Shown here: in pieces, positions 1 through 8,222 of the stretch | How the letters are laid out: the number at the start of each line of letters is the position of its first letter | How positions within the stretch are numbered: position 1 is the first letter of the stretch | Source: an uncultured Acidobacteriaceae bacterium | GTDB lineage: Bacteria > Acidobacteriota > Terriglobia > Terriglobales > Acidobacteriaceae | Reading direction: 5' to 3' | DNA length: 64,000 nucleotides | Assembly: GCA_937879855.1 (NCBI GenBank) | Contig: CALFMO010000063.1 | Location: 13,996 to 77,995 of the forward strand | Program-made: the position numbers and the translations under genes | Notes under the pieces: generated by a model | Database searches by the model: none | The model's input: only the letters and a program-made list of their open reading frames with translations | Told to the model about the DNA's origin: nothing

Positions 1-184
1 CGTGTGCACAGCGGCTTCTCGCGGAAAGGATGATCACTATCGTGGCGCATTTCCGCACACAAGTGGTGAATTTTATTTTTTGTGGACGGAATTCTGGACG
101 GAACAGAAAACGGCCCGATCAGCAATTCAGGCGCAGCCCAAGCCAACAGTTTCTCTTTTTTGTTTGCTAGATTGCAGACTCGCC

Positions 185-1816
185 TTAATTCCCGGCCTTG
201 GGATCATGCGTCACGACGTCTTCCGAAAGCGCAAGGATGCAGTTCTGTCCGTCGAATCGGATCCGGTCTGCGGAATACGCAGTAAGCTTGATCTCGCCGG
301 ATTTTGTCCGAAGCCGGGTGATTACATTCCGGATCGGGCCTCCCCGCCGGAGTTGCGTCAGCAATAATCTTCGGTCGGCAGGATCCTCCCAAATCCTTAG
401 CTCGGACACAGTATGTCCAAGGATTTCGTGGCGCGAATAACCGTATCGGCCTTCAAAGGCGGCATTGACTTCTAGGAAGCGGCCCTCCTCCAGCGTCGTA
501 ATCGAAAAGGCAATCGGACTCGAATGGAATATCTTCTCAAATTTTTCCTCCGAGACCCGGCGGCCAGCTTCTGACTGGTCGAGCGCCTGCTCGGCTTTTT
601 GGAGGTCTGCTAATCGCTTTTCCAGTTCCGAACCGTAGATCTCAGCGGTTGAATAAAGACGGGCGTTTTGAATGGCGACAGCTGCAGGTATGGCAAGCAG
701 TTCAGCGCGCCGGAGGTGGTCATCGGTAAAGTGGTTCGGTTCCACATGTCCAACGGAGAGAAATCCAAGGAACTCCTCGGAGGCGACAAGGGGAACGCTC
801 AGCCAAGAACGGAACTGTCTGTGTCCCCTGAAGCTTTGCCATCCTTCCTGCTGTCTGGTGTCGGGGATCAAGACCCGCTTTCTCTCGGACCAGATACGCT
901 GAAAGAACGGAGACTCATCGGCAACGAATGTAAGTGGGGCTCGAGAAGATTTCTTGGCAGGTTCGGGACATGACCTTTCGCCCAACGCCAGCCAATGGGG
1001 GCCCCCTTCGGGGATAAGCACACGGGCGCAGGTGTAGGGAACCAACTCGGCCAGAGAGCGGAGCAGCGCCTCCATAACGCAATCCATGTGAAGATCTTCG
1101 GTAAGCGCAAGTGTTGCTTGGCGCAGGGCCTCCGCTTCCGCCCATGCGGAATTTGCCCGGCCGAGATTGGCGGCAACCTGGTCTTCGGCTTCCTTGAGCG
1201 CGGTGATGTCCAGCGCGGTTCCGCCCAGGCGAGTGATCGTTCCGTCAGCATCTCTCCGAGGAAAGCCGCGCACCCAAACCCAACGAATCTCACCGTCTGG
1301 CCTAACAATACGGAACCTATCGTCGAAGTGTCCGCTTTGCGCCGCTTGCTGGAGCTTTGCCAGCACGAGATCTCGATCATCGGGATGAATGGCCTTCTCG
1401 TACGAGGAAGGTTCCTCGATCAAGGATTGACAGGAGCGACCGGTGATAGTTTCGTAGGCCGGATTGACGTAGGTGGCCTTCTTCGACTCCGCGTCGATGA
1501 CCCAGAAAACTTCCTGGATGTTGTCGGCCATCTGGTGAAACTCCTGCTCGCTATCCTCAAAAACGGTCTTGGCCTGCCGTTCGGTGCGGTGCATTTGACG
1601 GATAACGTCGGCCAACAACAGGGCAAAGACAAGCAGGGCGCTTATTAAGGAAATCAGCAGAGCCAGGGCTACACGCGGCGATTGAAGATTGGCGACCAGG
1701 ACTGCGATCACAAGAACGGCCGAGACTACAACGAGAGTGACGGAGGCAATTTTCCACTCTCGTCGCTGGGCACTCGCACGACCCGGTTTAGAGCGGGGTT
1801 GGTCGGCTTGATGCAT
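185..1816 (-). CDS. membrane-anchored PAS-GAF-PAS sensor protein with no recognisable output domain
   Basis: Long ORF 185..1912 (575 aa). It has a TM stretch (IASVTLVVVSAVLVIAVLV, ALLISLISALLVFALLL). PAS-like segments are EVFWVIDAESKKATYVNPAYETITG, GEIRWVWVRG and a second PAS FHSSPIAFSITTLEEGRFLEVNAAFEGRYGY. The GAF-like core is RSWLSVPLVASEEFLGFLSVGH. The ORF ends just after the last PAS, with no HisKA/HATPase or GGDEF motifs. The start is uncertain: ATG 1912 would overlap the end of the upstream gene (1890), so ATG 1816 is used here. Confidence 0.75.
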   Translation of the reverse strand: MHQADQPRSKPGRASAQRREWKIASVTLVVVSAVLVIAVLVANLQSPRVALALLISLISALLVFALLLADVIRQMHRTERQAKTVFEDSEQEFHQMADNIQEVFWVIDAESKKATYVNPAYETITGRSCQSLIEEPSSYEKAIHPDDRDLVLAKLQQAAQSGHFDDRFRIVRPDGEIRWVWVRGFPRRDADGTITRLGGTALDITALKEAEDQVAANLGRANSAWAEAEALRQATLALTEDLHMDCVMEALLRSLAELVPYTCARVLIPEGGPHWLALGERSCPEPAKKSSRAPLTFVADESPFFQRIWSERKRVLIPDTRQQEGWQSFRGHRQFRSWLSVPLVASEEFLGFLSVGHVEPNHFTDDHLRRAELLAIPAAVAIQNARLYSTAEIYGSELEKRLADLQKAEQALDQSEAGRRVSEEKFEKIFHSSPIAFSITTLEEGRFLEVNAAFEGRYGYSRHEILGHTVSELRIWEDPADRRLLLTQLRRGGPIRNVITRLRTKSGEIKLTAYSADRIRFDGQNCILALSEDVVTHDPKAGN

Positions 1817-1889
1817 GGAGAGAACCCACGTATTTGCCCGATTATGGCCATGATACGCCGCCCAAGTGAAAGCGCTGCGCTGCGCAAGC

Positions 1890-2732
1890 TCAAAGCGGGT
1901 CCGAAATATCATCGAGCTTCGTAGGAGATATCAAGTAAACCTGGGCGAAATGCCTGTACTTCATACGGAACGTCCTCATGTCCTGGGAGCTAAATTTGGC
2001 TGTTCCCAGATCGAAACGTTGCAAGCTTCCGACCAGGCACGCTTGCCAGCATAGAGGGAAAAAGAGAAGAGTTTCTGGATTCCGTAGCGCTTGTGCGACC
2101 CCGGTCGCCGGGCCTTCTGCAACGAGCGGAGCCTCGCTTGTAACAAATGGCTCAGCTGCGGAGTCGCAATATCGCAGTGCCCAATTGAAGTCCCACAACC
2201 ACGACCCGCCTTTCTGAATTTCTTCGCGCATTTGCGTAATCGTCCGATTCTTGATGAACGGCGCTGGCGGTGGTGCCGATTCCATCGAGGTCAGCGTTAT
2301 AGTTTTGCTGTCAGAATGGACGTCTTTAACGGTCCACGTCTGAAGTGCTTTTCCTTCGTCTTCCTTTTGCGTAAAAAAAAGCGGTTACAGGGCGCGTATC
2401 ATCTGCATGTACCGTAACAAAAAGCCCAAATGTTTGTGCCAATTGCGAAAATGCTTTGAAAGCAGTTTCATCCGAATTCTCGAGAAATTGTTCTCAAGCT
2501 CCCTAAACGCGTCATCCGCCGATTCCAGTGAATCCAATTGCGGCGCCGTTCCAGCGTAATCGTAGAGTCCAGTTTCATGCCCAATCTGTTTGGTGCTTCG
2601 CACTGACCATCGCTTGTAAGGAATATCCAAGTGCCACAACGGTTGAGGCAGATTTTCGCGAGCGGGATCTATAAATCCGCTCATGTACCCTTGAGGAAGG
2701 TAGTGGTCCCTTCTGCCTTTCTTTGCCATCAC
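1890..2732 (-). pseudogene. DUF4238-like gene interrupted by a single in-frame TAA
   Basis: ORFs 2385..2732 and 1890..2285 are in the same reading frame, since 2732 and 2285 are both 2 mod 3. I translated the gap by hand and it is open apart from one TAA at 2385-2387. The joined length is 280 codons. The N-terminal HYLPQGYMSGF and the later FVTSEAPLV resemble, from memory, the DUF4238 signature (HYxPxFYLxxF ... SDxP). Confidence 0.6.
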
Positions 2733-2906
2733 GATACGCAGATTGTAAGTTCGATGTCGTAGGTAGATCCATTCTACCGATTGAACTTCTGCCGGTTACC
2801 CGAGCTCTAATTGGGCAGACTCATCTGGATCTTGATCGAAGCCGAATTGATGCCGCAGGGAACGCTCCTTTGCCGAGAGCCCATAGCGTCAGCACTGATC
2901 GTCTGC

Positions 2907-3161
2907 TCATTTGTTCCGCCGTGCCGCTTTCCACTTTGCCCAGCGCGCGCGTTGGGCAGCGGCAATTCGTTTGCGAGCCGCAGCTGACATGTTCCTTTGT
3001 TTCGCGCCTGACCGGGTAGCGCGACCAACTCCTCTGGCATCTCCGCGTATCCCGCCGAGGCCGCTCAGCGCTTTCAACGCCTGGTCCAACTGTTCGATTC
3101 TCCGCTGTGCTTGATTCCGTTGCTTCTTTAGCTGCTGGACCACACGAGCCAAGTTCGACAT
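2907..3161 (-). CDS. small basic coiled-coil protein, function unknown
   Basis: The start is ATG 3161, preceded by AGGAGAATCC (Shine-Dalgarno). The 84-aa product is MSNLARVVQQLKKQRNQAQRRIEQLDQALKAL... with a lysine/arginine-rich C-terminus (AAARKRIAAAQRARWAKWKAARRNK). The longer listed ORF (to 3266) has no ribosome-binding site. Confidence 0.55.
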   Translation of the reverse strand: MSNLARVVQQLKKQRNQAQRRIEQLDQALKALSGLGGIRGDARGVGRATRSGAKQRNMSAAARKRIAAAQRARWAKWKAARRNK

Positions 3162-3331
3162 GGATTCTCCTAGGGCAGGAATTGTAGCAGGGCGTCCTGA
3201 TTCGACTGGTTTCCAGTTCTGCTCATAGTGAAGGGCGCTGAAGGTATGTTGCCACGGGAGGTACACAGAATATCTTTTGTCCGCATCTAGGAGGCCGAAC
3301 GGCCGAATTCCTAGATTCGCATGCTCCCAAT

Positions 3332-5308
3332 TTAAGTTTGTGCGAATACGACGAAGCCGTTGGCGGGGATAACGATGTTTGCCGAGGCTGGGAAGCCATG
3401 CAGCGGCGGGCTGGATGCATTGATACCGCCGCCGTTACCGGCTACGATCGGGTTCACCCAATTGTCATAGACATCGCTGTTGAATACTTCCCGCCACGGA
3501 CCGGGAAATGGGAATCCGACGCCGTAGTTGTACCAGGTATGTTCGGCGAGAGTAGCGACGACAATCACGTCCTGCGCGCTGCCCTCGAGCCAGCGATGAA
3601 ATGCGATTACGCGGTTCTGCTCGTGAACGTGAAACGCGTTCACGTTATCTCCGCGCAGCGCCGGGTAATTCCAGCGCAGCCGGATCAAATCCTGCGTAAA
3701 ACGCAGATGATTCGCCCTGGCGGTATCGGTTCCTGCATTCAATCCAACCCACCAGATCAGATTCGATGAGGTGGGATCCCAACTCCATTGCTTATCCTCG
3801 AGAAACTCCTGGCCCATGAAAATCTGCGGAATTCCGGGAGCGGTGAGCAATAAACCCGTTGCGAATCGCGAGCGGCTGCGCGCGTACCATGACTCGTGGT
3901 TCGAGCCATCGGCAAGGGCGGGGATGCGCAGGTCCGTGCCCACCTTCACGATGTCGTGATTCTCAACGCAAGGCACCGCCTGCCAAGCATGAGCGAATCC
4001 CTGAGGATAGAGGTTAGCGGCGATCGCATCGAAATTGATGGAGGCACTCTGGCCATACGAAGCCGCCTGCACTGCGTTACGAACGGCGCTGCGCAAACCA
4101 TCGTGCTGCACTACGTCGAATCCGGCTCCTCCATTGCCGGTCGGGGCCACGATCGACGGCCAGCATTTTGGATAGTTGCCGACCTCGCCCGGCCAAAACT
4201 CAGCGTTTTGCAACAGCCGCGGCTTCACGTAGCGCAGCGTGCTGGTCAAGTCGCAGCAGAAAGTCCAACCCGAATCGCAATTCATCGAGATCAGATCGCT
4301 GATTTCGTCATAGCGAAATCCATCGACGTGAAATTCGCGGATGTAATACAGAGCGTTATTGATGAGGAACTGGCAGACATCGTTTTTCCAAAGCGCAAAA
4401 GAGAGCCCGCCGGTTCCCCTGTCCTGATCAGTGAAATATAGGCTATCGTTGTTGTTGCCGACATTTCTGGCGCGGTCCCAATAGTAGATGCAGTTATCGT
4501 CCAGCGCTCCCCTCACCGTGAATCCGCCGGCGTGGTTGTAGACTACGTCGAACGCGACCGCGATGCCGTAGACATGGCACAGATCGACCAGCGCTTTCAA
4601 CTGAGCCGGGTCGGGAGTAATATCCTGCAGGCCAAGCGGTGAAAAGCCTTTGGCCGTCAGCAAAGTATTGATGGTGGCCAGGTACCCATTAAGGGCAGTG
4701 GGGTCGGTGACAATATAAGGAAAGTCCGGGGAAAACAAATCGGTCCCGTTGTAGCCCATCGATGGATCCGTCTCCATCTCATCGACGGGGAGCGGTTGCA
4801 GGACATTGACCCCGAGCGCGACAAAATAGGGAATCTTCCCGATCACATCGAGGAACCCAGACGCGACGCCGGGCTTGCTGGGGTTGTACGTTCCAATGTG
4901 CAACTGGTAGATGATCATGTTGCTGAAGTCGGGCGTGACGAACGCCGAATCATGCCAGGGATATGCTGTACCGGAACGAATCAGGCTGTTGCAGTTGGGA
5001 AACGCCGAAGCTGGCGAAAGCTCTCGCGCATAAGGATCGCGCTTGTATCCGCTCCCTCCTGGCCCGACAACCCAAAAGCGGTAAGGATCACCTTCCTGGG
5101 CGGCGCCGACAAATCCTGTCCAATATCCATTCGCATCCTTCGCAAGCAGAAGGTTAGCGGTCTGTCCCGTCACCAACGAACCGCCGAAGGTGCCATTGAT
5201 ATAGACAGCGCTAGCAAGTGGCGCCCATGCGCGAAACGTAGCGCCGCCTCCGCTGACCAGGTTTGCCCCCATGGGAGTATTCGGCGAGATATTTGCCTGA
5301 GAAATCAT
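3332..5308 (-). CDS. GH13 alpha-glucan-active enzyme with N-terminal CBM48-like domain (branching/debranching type)
   Basis: 658-aa ORF with a strong Shine-Dalgarno (AGGAGGGAG) before the ATG. GH13 conserved regions are present: DVVYNHAG, DGFRYDEI, EFWP, VENHD. The N-terminus GATFRAWAPLASAVYINGTF...DPYRFWV looks like CBM48. Confidence 0.85.
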   Translation of the reverse strand: MISQANISPNTPMGANLVSGGGATFRAWAPLASAVYINGTFGGSLVTGQTANLLLAKDANGYWTGFVGAAQEGDPYRFWVVGPGGSGYKRDPYARELSPASAFPNCNSLIRSGTAYPWHDSAFVTPDFSNMIIYQLHIGTYNPSKPGVASGFLDVIGKIPYFVALGVNVLQPLPVDEMETDPSMGYNGTDLFSPDFPYIVTDPTALNGYLATINTLLTAKGFSPLGLQDITPDPAQLKALVDLCHVYGIAVAFDVVYNHAGGFTVRGALDDNCIYYWDRARNVGNNNDSLYFTDQDRGTGGLSFALWKNDVCQFLINNALYYIREFHVDGFRYDEISDLISMNCDSGWTFCCDLTSTLRYVKPRLLQNAEFWPGEVGNYPKCWPSIVAPTGNGGAGFDVVQHDGLRSAVRNAVQAASYGQSASINFDAIAANLYPQGFAHAWQAVPCVENHDIVKVGTDLRIPALADGSNHESWYARSRSRFATGLLLTAPGIPQIFMGQEFLEDKQWSWDPTSSNLIWWVGLNAGTDTARANHLRFTQDLIRLRWNYPALRGDNVNAFHVHEQNRVIAFHRWLEGSAQDVIVVATLAEHTWYNYGVGFPFPGPWREVFNSDVYDNWVNPIVAGNGGGINASSPPLHGFPASANIVIPANGFVVFAQT

Positions 5309-5403
5309 GAGGGGCTCCCTCCTAGGGGTTATGACAGCGCTCAGTCAAATCGTCGATCCAGGACCTTTTCCTAGTTGATACATTTTCCCAAGGTTCGATG
5401 GTG

Positions 5404-6960
5404 TTACTTGAGAGACGTCAGCCCTGGTTGAAGCCACGAGAAAAGAAAGCCAGCCATTTCGGGAAAAACAGTGGTCAATAGACCAAGCAAAGGAGCCGCA
5501 CCAAATCCAATGATCTTGACCCAGAATTCCGAGCCTAACTCTCCTGGCTTTGTGTTGGTTATGTGGCTCAACGTGGCATCTCTGTGCATGTCTGCGTAGA
5601 CGAACACTATGACTGCGCCGAATATTACAAACAATGAGAGCATGACTCCGCTGAGTGCCGGCCGGGGATCGAAAGGATAGTTTGATAAGGCTATTGTTGC
5701 GGCAACGAAGAGAAACAGCGCAGCCAAGGCTATTGTCCGAATTCGCCCCAACATAATTTGAGCGAATCCCAGGTATGTGAGACATGTAAGCTCTTCAGCG
5801 TTCCGAATGTGTTCTTGAGTCGCCTCCGGGAGAGGTTGTTTACGCTCACCCTTATCGCCGTCAGGCTGGACTAGGATGAGGGAGTACTTTTCTTTTCTCC
5901 ATGCGGGGACCAGAAGATGCGTCAGGACCCGGCCAGCGGTTGCGGCAATCCGTTCTTGAAGCTCTTCGAACTGCCGCAAGCCGGCAGCCTTTGGATTGCG
6001 ATAATTGAGCGAATACCACTTTACAAAGACTACACCCGCATTTCGAGTCGCATCGACTGCCGCCAAACAATCCTCCGCACCTTGACGTTCGATGTCCACG
6101 AGATTAGGGTGTGCGACGACGAATTCCTGCAATGACGTATGAAGGTGGTTCAAAGACTCGAGCTGTCGCGATAGCAGCTTGTATCGTACGTCGAGAACAT
6201 TCCCGCTCATTTTCCAGACTGTTCCCCATGAGAATCCCCGGAGAGCTCCTAGCGTGCGCCGCAACGGCATGCGATCGAGAAAAACAAGGAGCTGCCGCAA
6301 GCGGCTCCACGTCCACCAGAGCTGCCAGGCGGCGCCAAGAATTAAGCTGAAGCAAAAGTCCAGCCAGAGGCAGAAGATATATGCATACATTGTAGCTCCC
6401 AAGCTCCGAACTGGCACCTCACCCACGACAAGGGTGACAAGCATAAATAGGATGAAAAACAAAATAAAAATGAAGAACAGAGTGCCACCAGCCAATGGAG
6501 TCGCCGCAGCCTCGGCCGGTTCGGCGGCATATTCCCGGCTAAACATGGGCAGAACCTCCAACTCCTGATCTTTAGCCTTATCGTTGTCTTTATTATGAAT
6601 GGTGATGAGCAAGTGCTCTCTCCGAGGAAGAAGGGGCCGATCGGGGCCGAACAACGCGAGACCGTGCAGCGAATACCAGAACCAGATATATAGTCCAAAG
6701 GTCAAGGACAAGAAGGGGACAAGCGGAGACGCGCCGCTGGTAAGACTCATCGAGCGCCAGTAGACCGGAACGCGATTCGCGAGGGTAAGCGCATTTTCGA
6801 TTGGATAAACCCAGGCACGCACAGACACGACAAGCAATAAGGAAATCGCGATAACAAACAGAATCAGGATCCATCGAAACCGTGTGTCGCTATGGCTCCC
6901 GCGGTGTCGATTCGCAGCGTCTTCGTTCAGCCGTCTGGTAACGACAATATTGGTGACCAT
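5404..6960 (-). CDS. polytopic membrane protein, function unknown
   Basis: 518-aa ORF with several strongly hydrophobic segments (WILILFVIAISLLLVVSV, LFFIFILFFILFMLVTLVVG, IALAALFLFVAATIALS, VMLSLFVIFGAVIVFVYA) around a soluble central region. I recognise no family. It may be the 3' part of a longer, frame-disrupted gene (see 6927..7250). Confidence 0.7.
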   Translation of the reverse strand: MVTNIVVTRRLNEDAANRHRGSHSDTRFRWILILFVIAISLLLVVSVRAWVYPIENALTLANRVPVYWRSMSLTSGASPLVPFLSLTFGLYIWFWYSLHGLALFGPDRPLLPRREHLLITIHNKDNDKAKDQELEVLPMFSREYAAEPAEAAATPLAGGTLFFIFILFFILFMLVTLVVGEVPVRSLGATMYAYIFCLWLDFCFSLILGAAWQLWWTWSRLRQLLVFLDRMPLRRTLGALRGFSWGTVWKMSGNVLDVRYKLLSRQLESLNHLHTSLQEFVVAHPNLVDIERQGAEDCLAAVDATRNAGVVFVKWYSLNYRNPKAAGLRQFEELQERIAATAGRVLTHLLVPAWRKEKYSLILVQPDGDKGERKQPLPEATQEHIRNAEELTCLTYLGFAQIMLGRIRTIALAALFLFVAATIALSNYPFDPRPALSGVMLSLFVIFGAVIVFVYADMHRDATLSHITNTKPGELGSEFWVKIIGFGAAPLLGLLTTVFPEMAGFLFSWLQPGLTSLK

Positions 6961-7250
6961 TGAGAGTCCTGCGACAGCCCAGACAAGAAAACCAAGCTGT
7001 GAACCTGCGAGGAATTAGGAGGGAGACCTGGTGTCCACGAAAAAATTCCGCAGCCCCAACCTGCGAGAAGGGCCATTAGTGCAATCAGGAAACTCCCCAT
7101 AAGTATGAGCGAGCGGTGTCGCCAACCGTAAGTGGCGAAGTGCGCCCGGAACGCCGGTTTGGCGGTAAAGGATGCGTAGCGGCAGCACCATGCATGAAAA
7201 AGCGCCAATCCTAATAATAAGGTTAGAAATAACTTCATGCTCAGGGGCAT
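6927..7250 (-). CDS. small hydrophobic ORF, possibly the frameshifted 5' part of the 5404..6960 gene
   Basis: 107-aa ORF with two TM-like segments (MKLFLTLLLGLALFHAW, LILMGSFLIALMALLAGWGCGIF). It overlaps the downstream gene by 34 nt in another frame. In the downstream gene's frame, the sequence just upstream of its ATG is also hydrophobic (FLAGSQLGFLVWAVAGLS), back to a TAA at 7015-7017. Confidence 0.4.
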   Translation of the reverse strand: MPLSMKLFLTLLLGLALFHAWCCRYASFTAKPAFRAHFATYGWRHRSLILMGSFLIALMALLAGWGCGIFSWTPGLPPNSSQVHSLVFLSGLSQDSQWSPILSLPDG

Positions 7251-7587
7251 CGGCGGCCAGTCCGGCCAATCCCGTGCTCTCGGTCCCGGTCCGTGCGAAC
7301 CGAGGAGAGCTTCGCGGATGAAATCAGCCTGGCTAGGCGGCCCAAGCGTGTGATCATTTAACGCCTGCCAATGGCCAAGAGCCGCACCGTAATTCTTAAT
7401 TCAGATCTCCTTTTTCAAAGGGGACAGGACGCCTTAGCCCTCAGTGGTACTGTGCGGACCAAGCAAGGCGAGCCATATCTTCCGCTTCCCGATTACGCTC
7501 CACCGTCGCGAGAGCTCCTTCGCTGAAGTCCACGCACTATGCGACTGGTTCTGAGTAGCCGTTATTTTTGGTTCCGCGAAGCGAAAC

Positions 7588-7779
7588 TCAGTAGCTGATG
7601 CCGAATGCCAATCTGTTCACCCAGATACGTAATGTTGTCGAGTGCTGGCGCCGGAGGCTACCTGCTGGACCAGCGACAATCCTCCGCTTCTCTGCGCTGC
7701 TTCGCCGTTGCGGCTGGACTGCACGTGTCGATTCACTCTTCGCCGTGATTACTTCCGGCACTTGCCGCGAAGTGTCCAT
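7588..7779 (-). pseudogene. possible relic of an IS3/IS66-type transposase HTH (orfA) segment
   Basis: The short ORF contains QPQRRSSAEKRRIVAGPAGSLRRQHSTTLRIWVNRL. This loosely resembles the RRxxSxEEKxRIV....GxS...VARxHxIxxxxLxxWxxx pattern of small transposase HTH proteins. There is no intact transposase, no DDE domain and no terminal repeats. Confidence 0.2.
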
Positions 7780-7822
7780 TTCTGCTCAAAGCGGACACCT
7801 ATCCCCAAGTGTCCACTTCGCG
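7766..7822. repeat. nested inverted/direct repeats built on GTGTCC/GGACAC in an ORF-free region
   Basis: There is a 9-bp inverted repeat, CGCGAAGTG (7766-7774) with CACTTCGCG (7814-7822). There is an inner inverted repeat, GTGTCC (7772-7777) with GGACAC (7793-7798). The direct repeat AAGTGTCCA occurs at 7770-7778 and 7807-7815. A further GGACAC lies at 7882-7887. Confidence 0.5.
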
Positions 7823-8222
7823 AGAATGGCTCTCTTTCAGGTGATTGTCGAGACGGTCACAACCGGAGCTTACGAAACGGCGGACACAGCCAAGGAAAAC
7901 CTATAGCCTATTGGGACTCCGCTACCCGCAGAGATGGCGATTTATTGTGAACCATTCTTGGGAAGGCTGCGCGCAATGGGTTCATCCCACCGCTAGTCTT
8001 GAGGCCCGCCCGATCCTATCACTTCGAATGGCGGAAATAGAACCGAAACCCAAATACCAACAGGTCGGATCGACACTGGAATGGAGTCCGTTTACACTGC
8101 ACGCATTTGCGGGCCGCCAATCCAGAATTGGGTTTTGGATAAATCCACCATCTGTGTGGAACGCGATTCACTCAGTTATTTTGTCATCGGCACGGAGTAT
8201 GCGATGGTGAATCCCAAACAAC

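Noticed and set aside
2-367. 121-aa plus-strand ORF at the window start
   Set aside because: It overlaps the 3' end of the sensor gene antisense. It has no motifs, and the 1-184 region is AT-rich with poly-T runs and looks non-coding.
995-1648. 217-aa plus-strand ORF
   Set aside because: It is antisense to the PAS-GAF-PAS sensor gene, which carries clear PAS motifs.
3287-3314. Imperfect hairpin CTAGGA-GGCC...GGCC-TCCTAG between the GH13 gene and the small basic protein gene
   Set aside because: The stem is bulged and there is no U-tract on the transcribed (minus) strand. It may be an intercistronic structure, but it is not supportable as a terminator.
7270-7380. Minus-strand in-frame extension upstream of the 107-aa ORF reading ...SQADFIREALLGS, reminiscent of ribbon-helix-helix antitoxins
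   Set aside because: There is no start codon, no partner toxin ORF, and only one short motif. This is insufficient.
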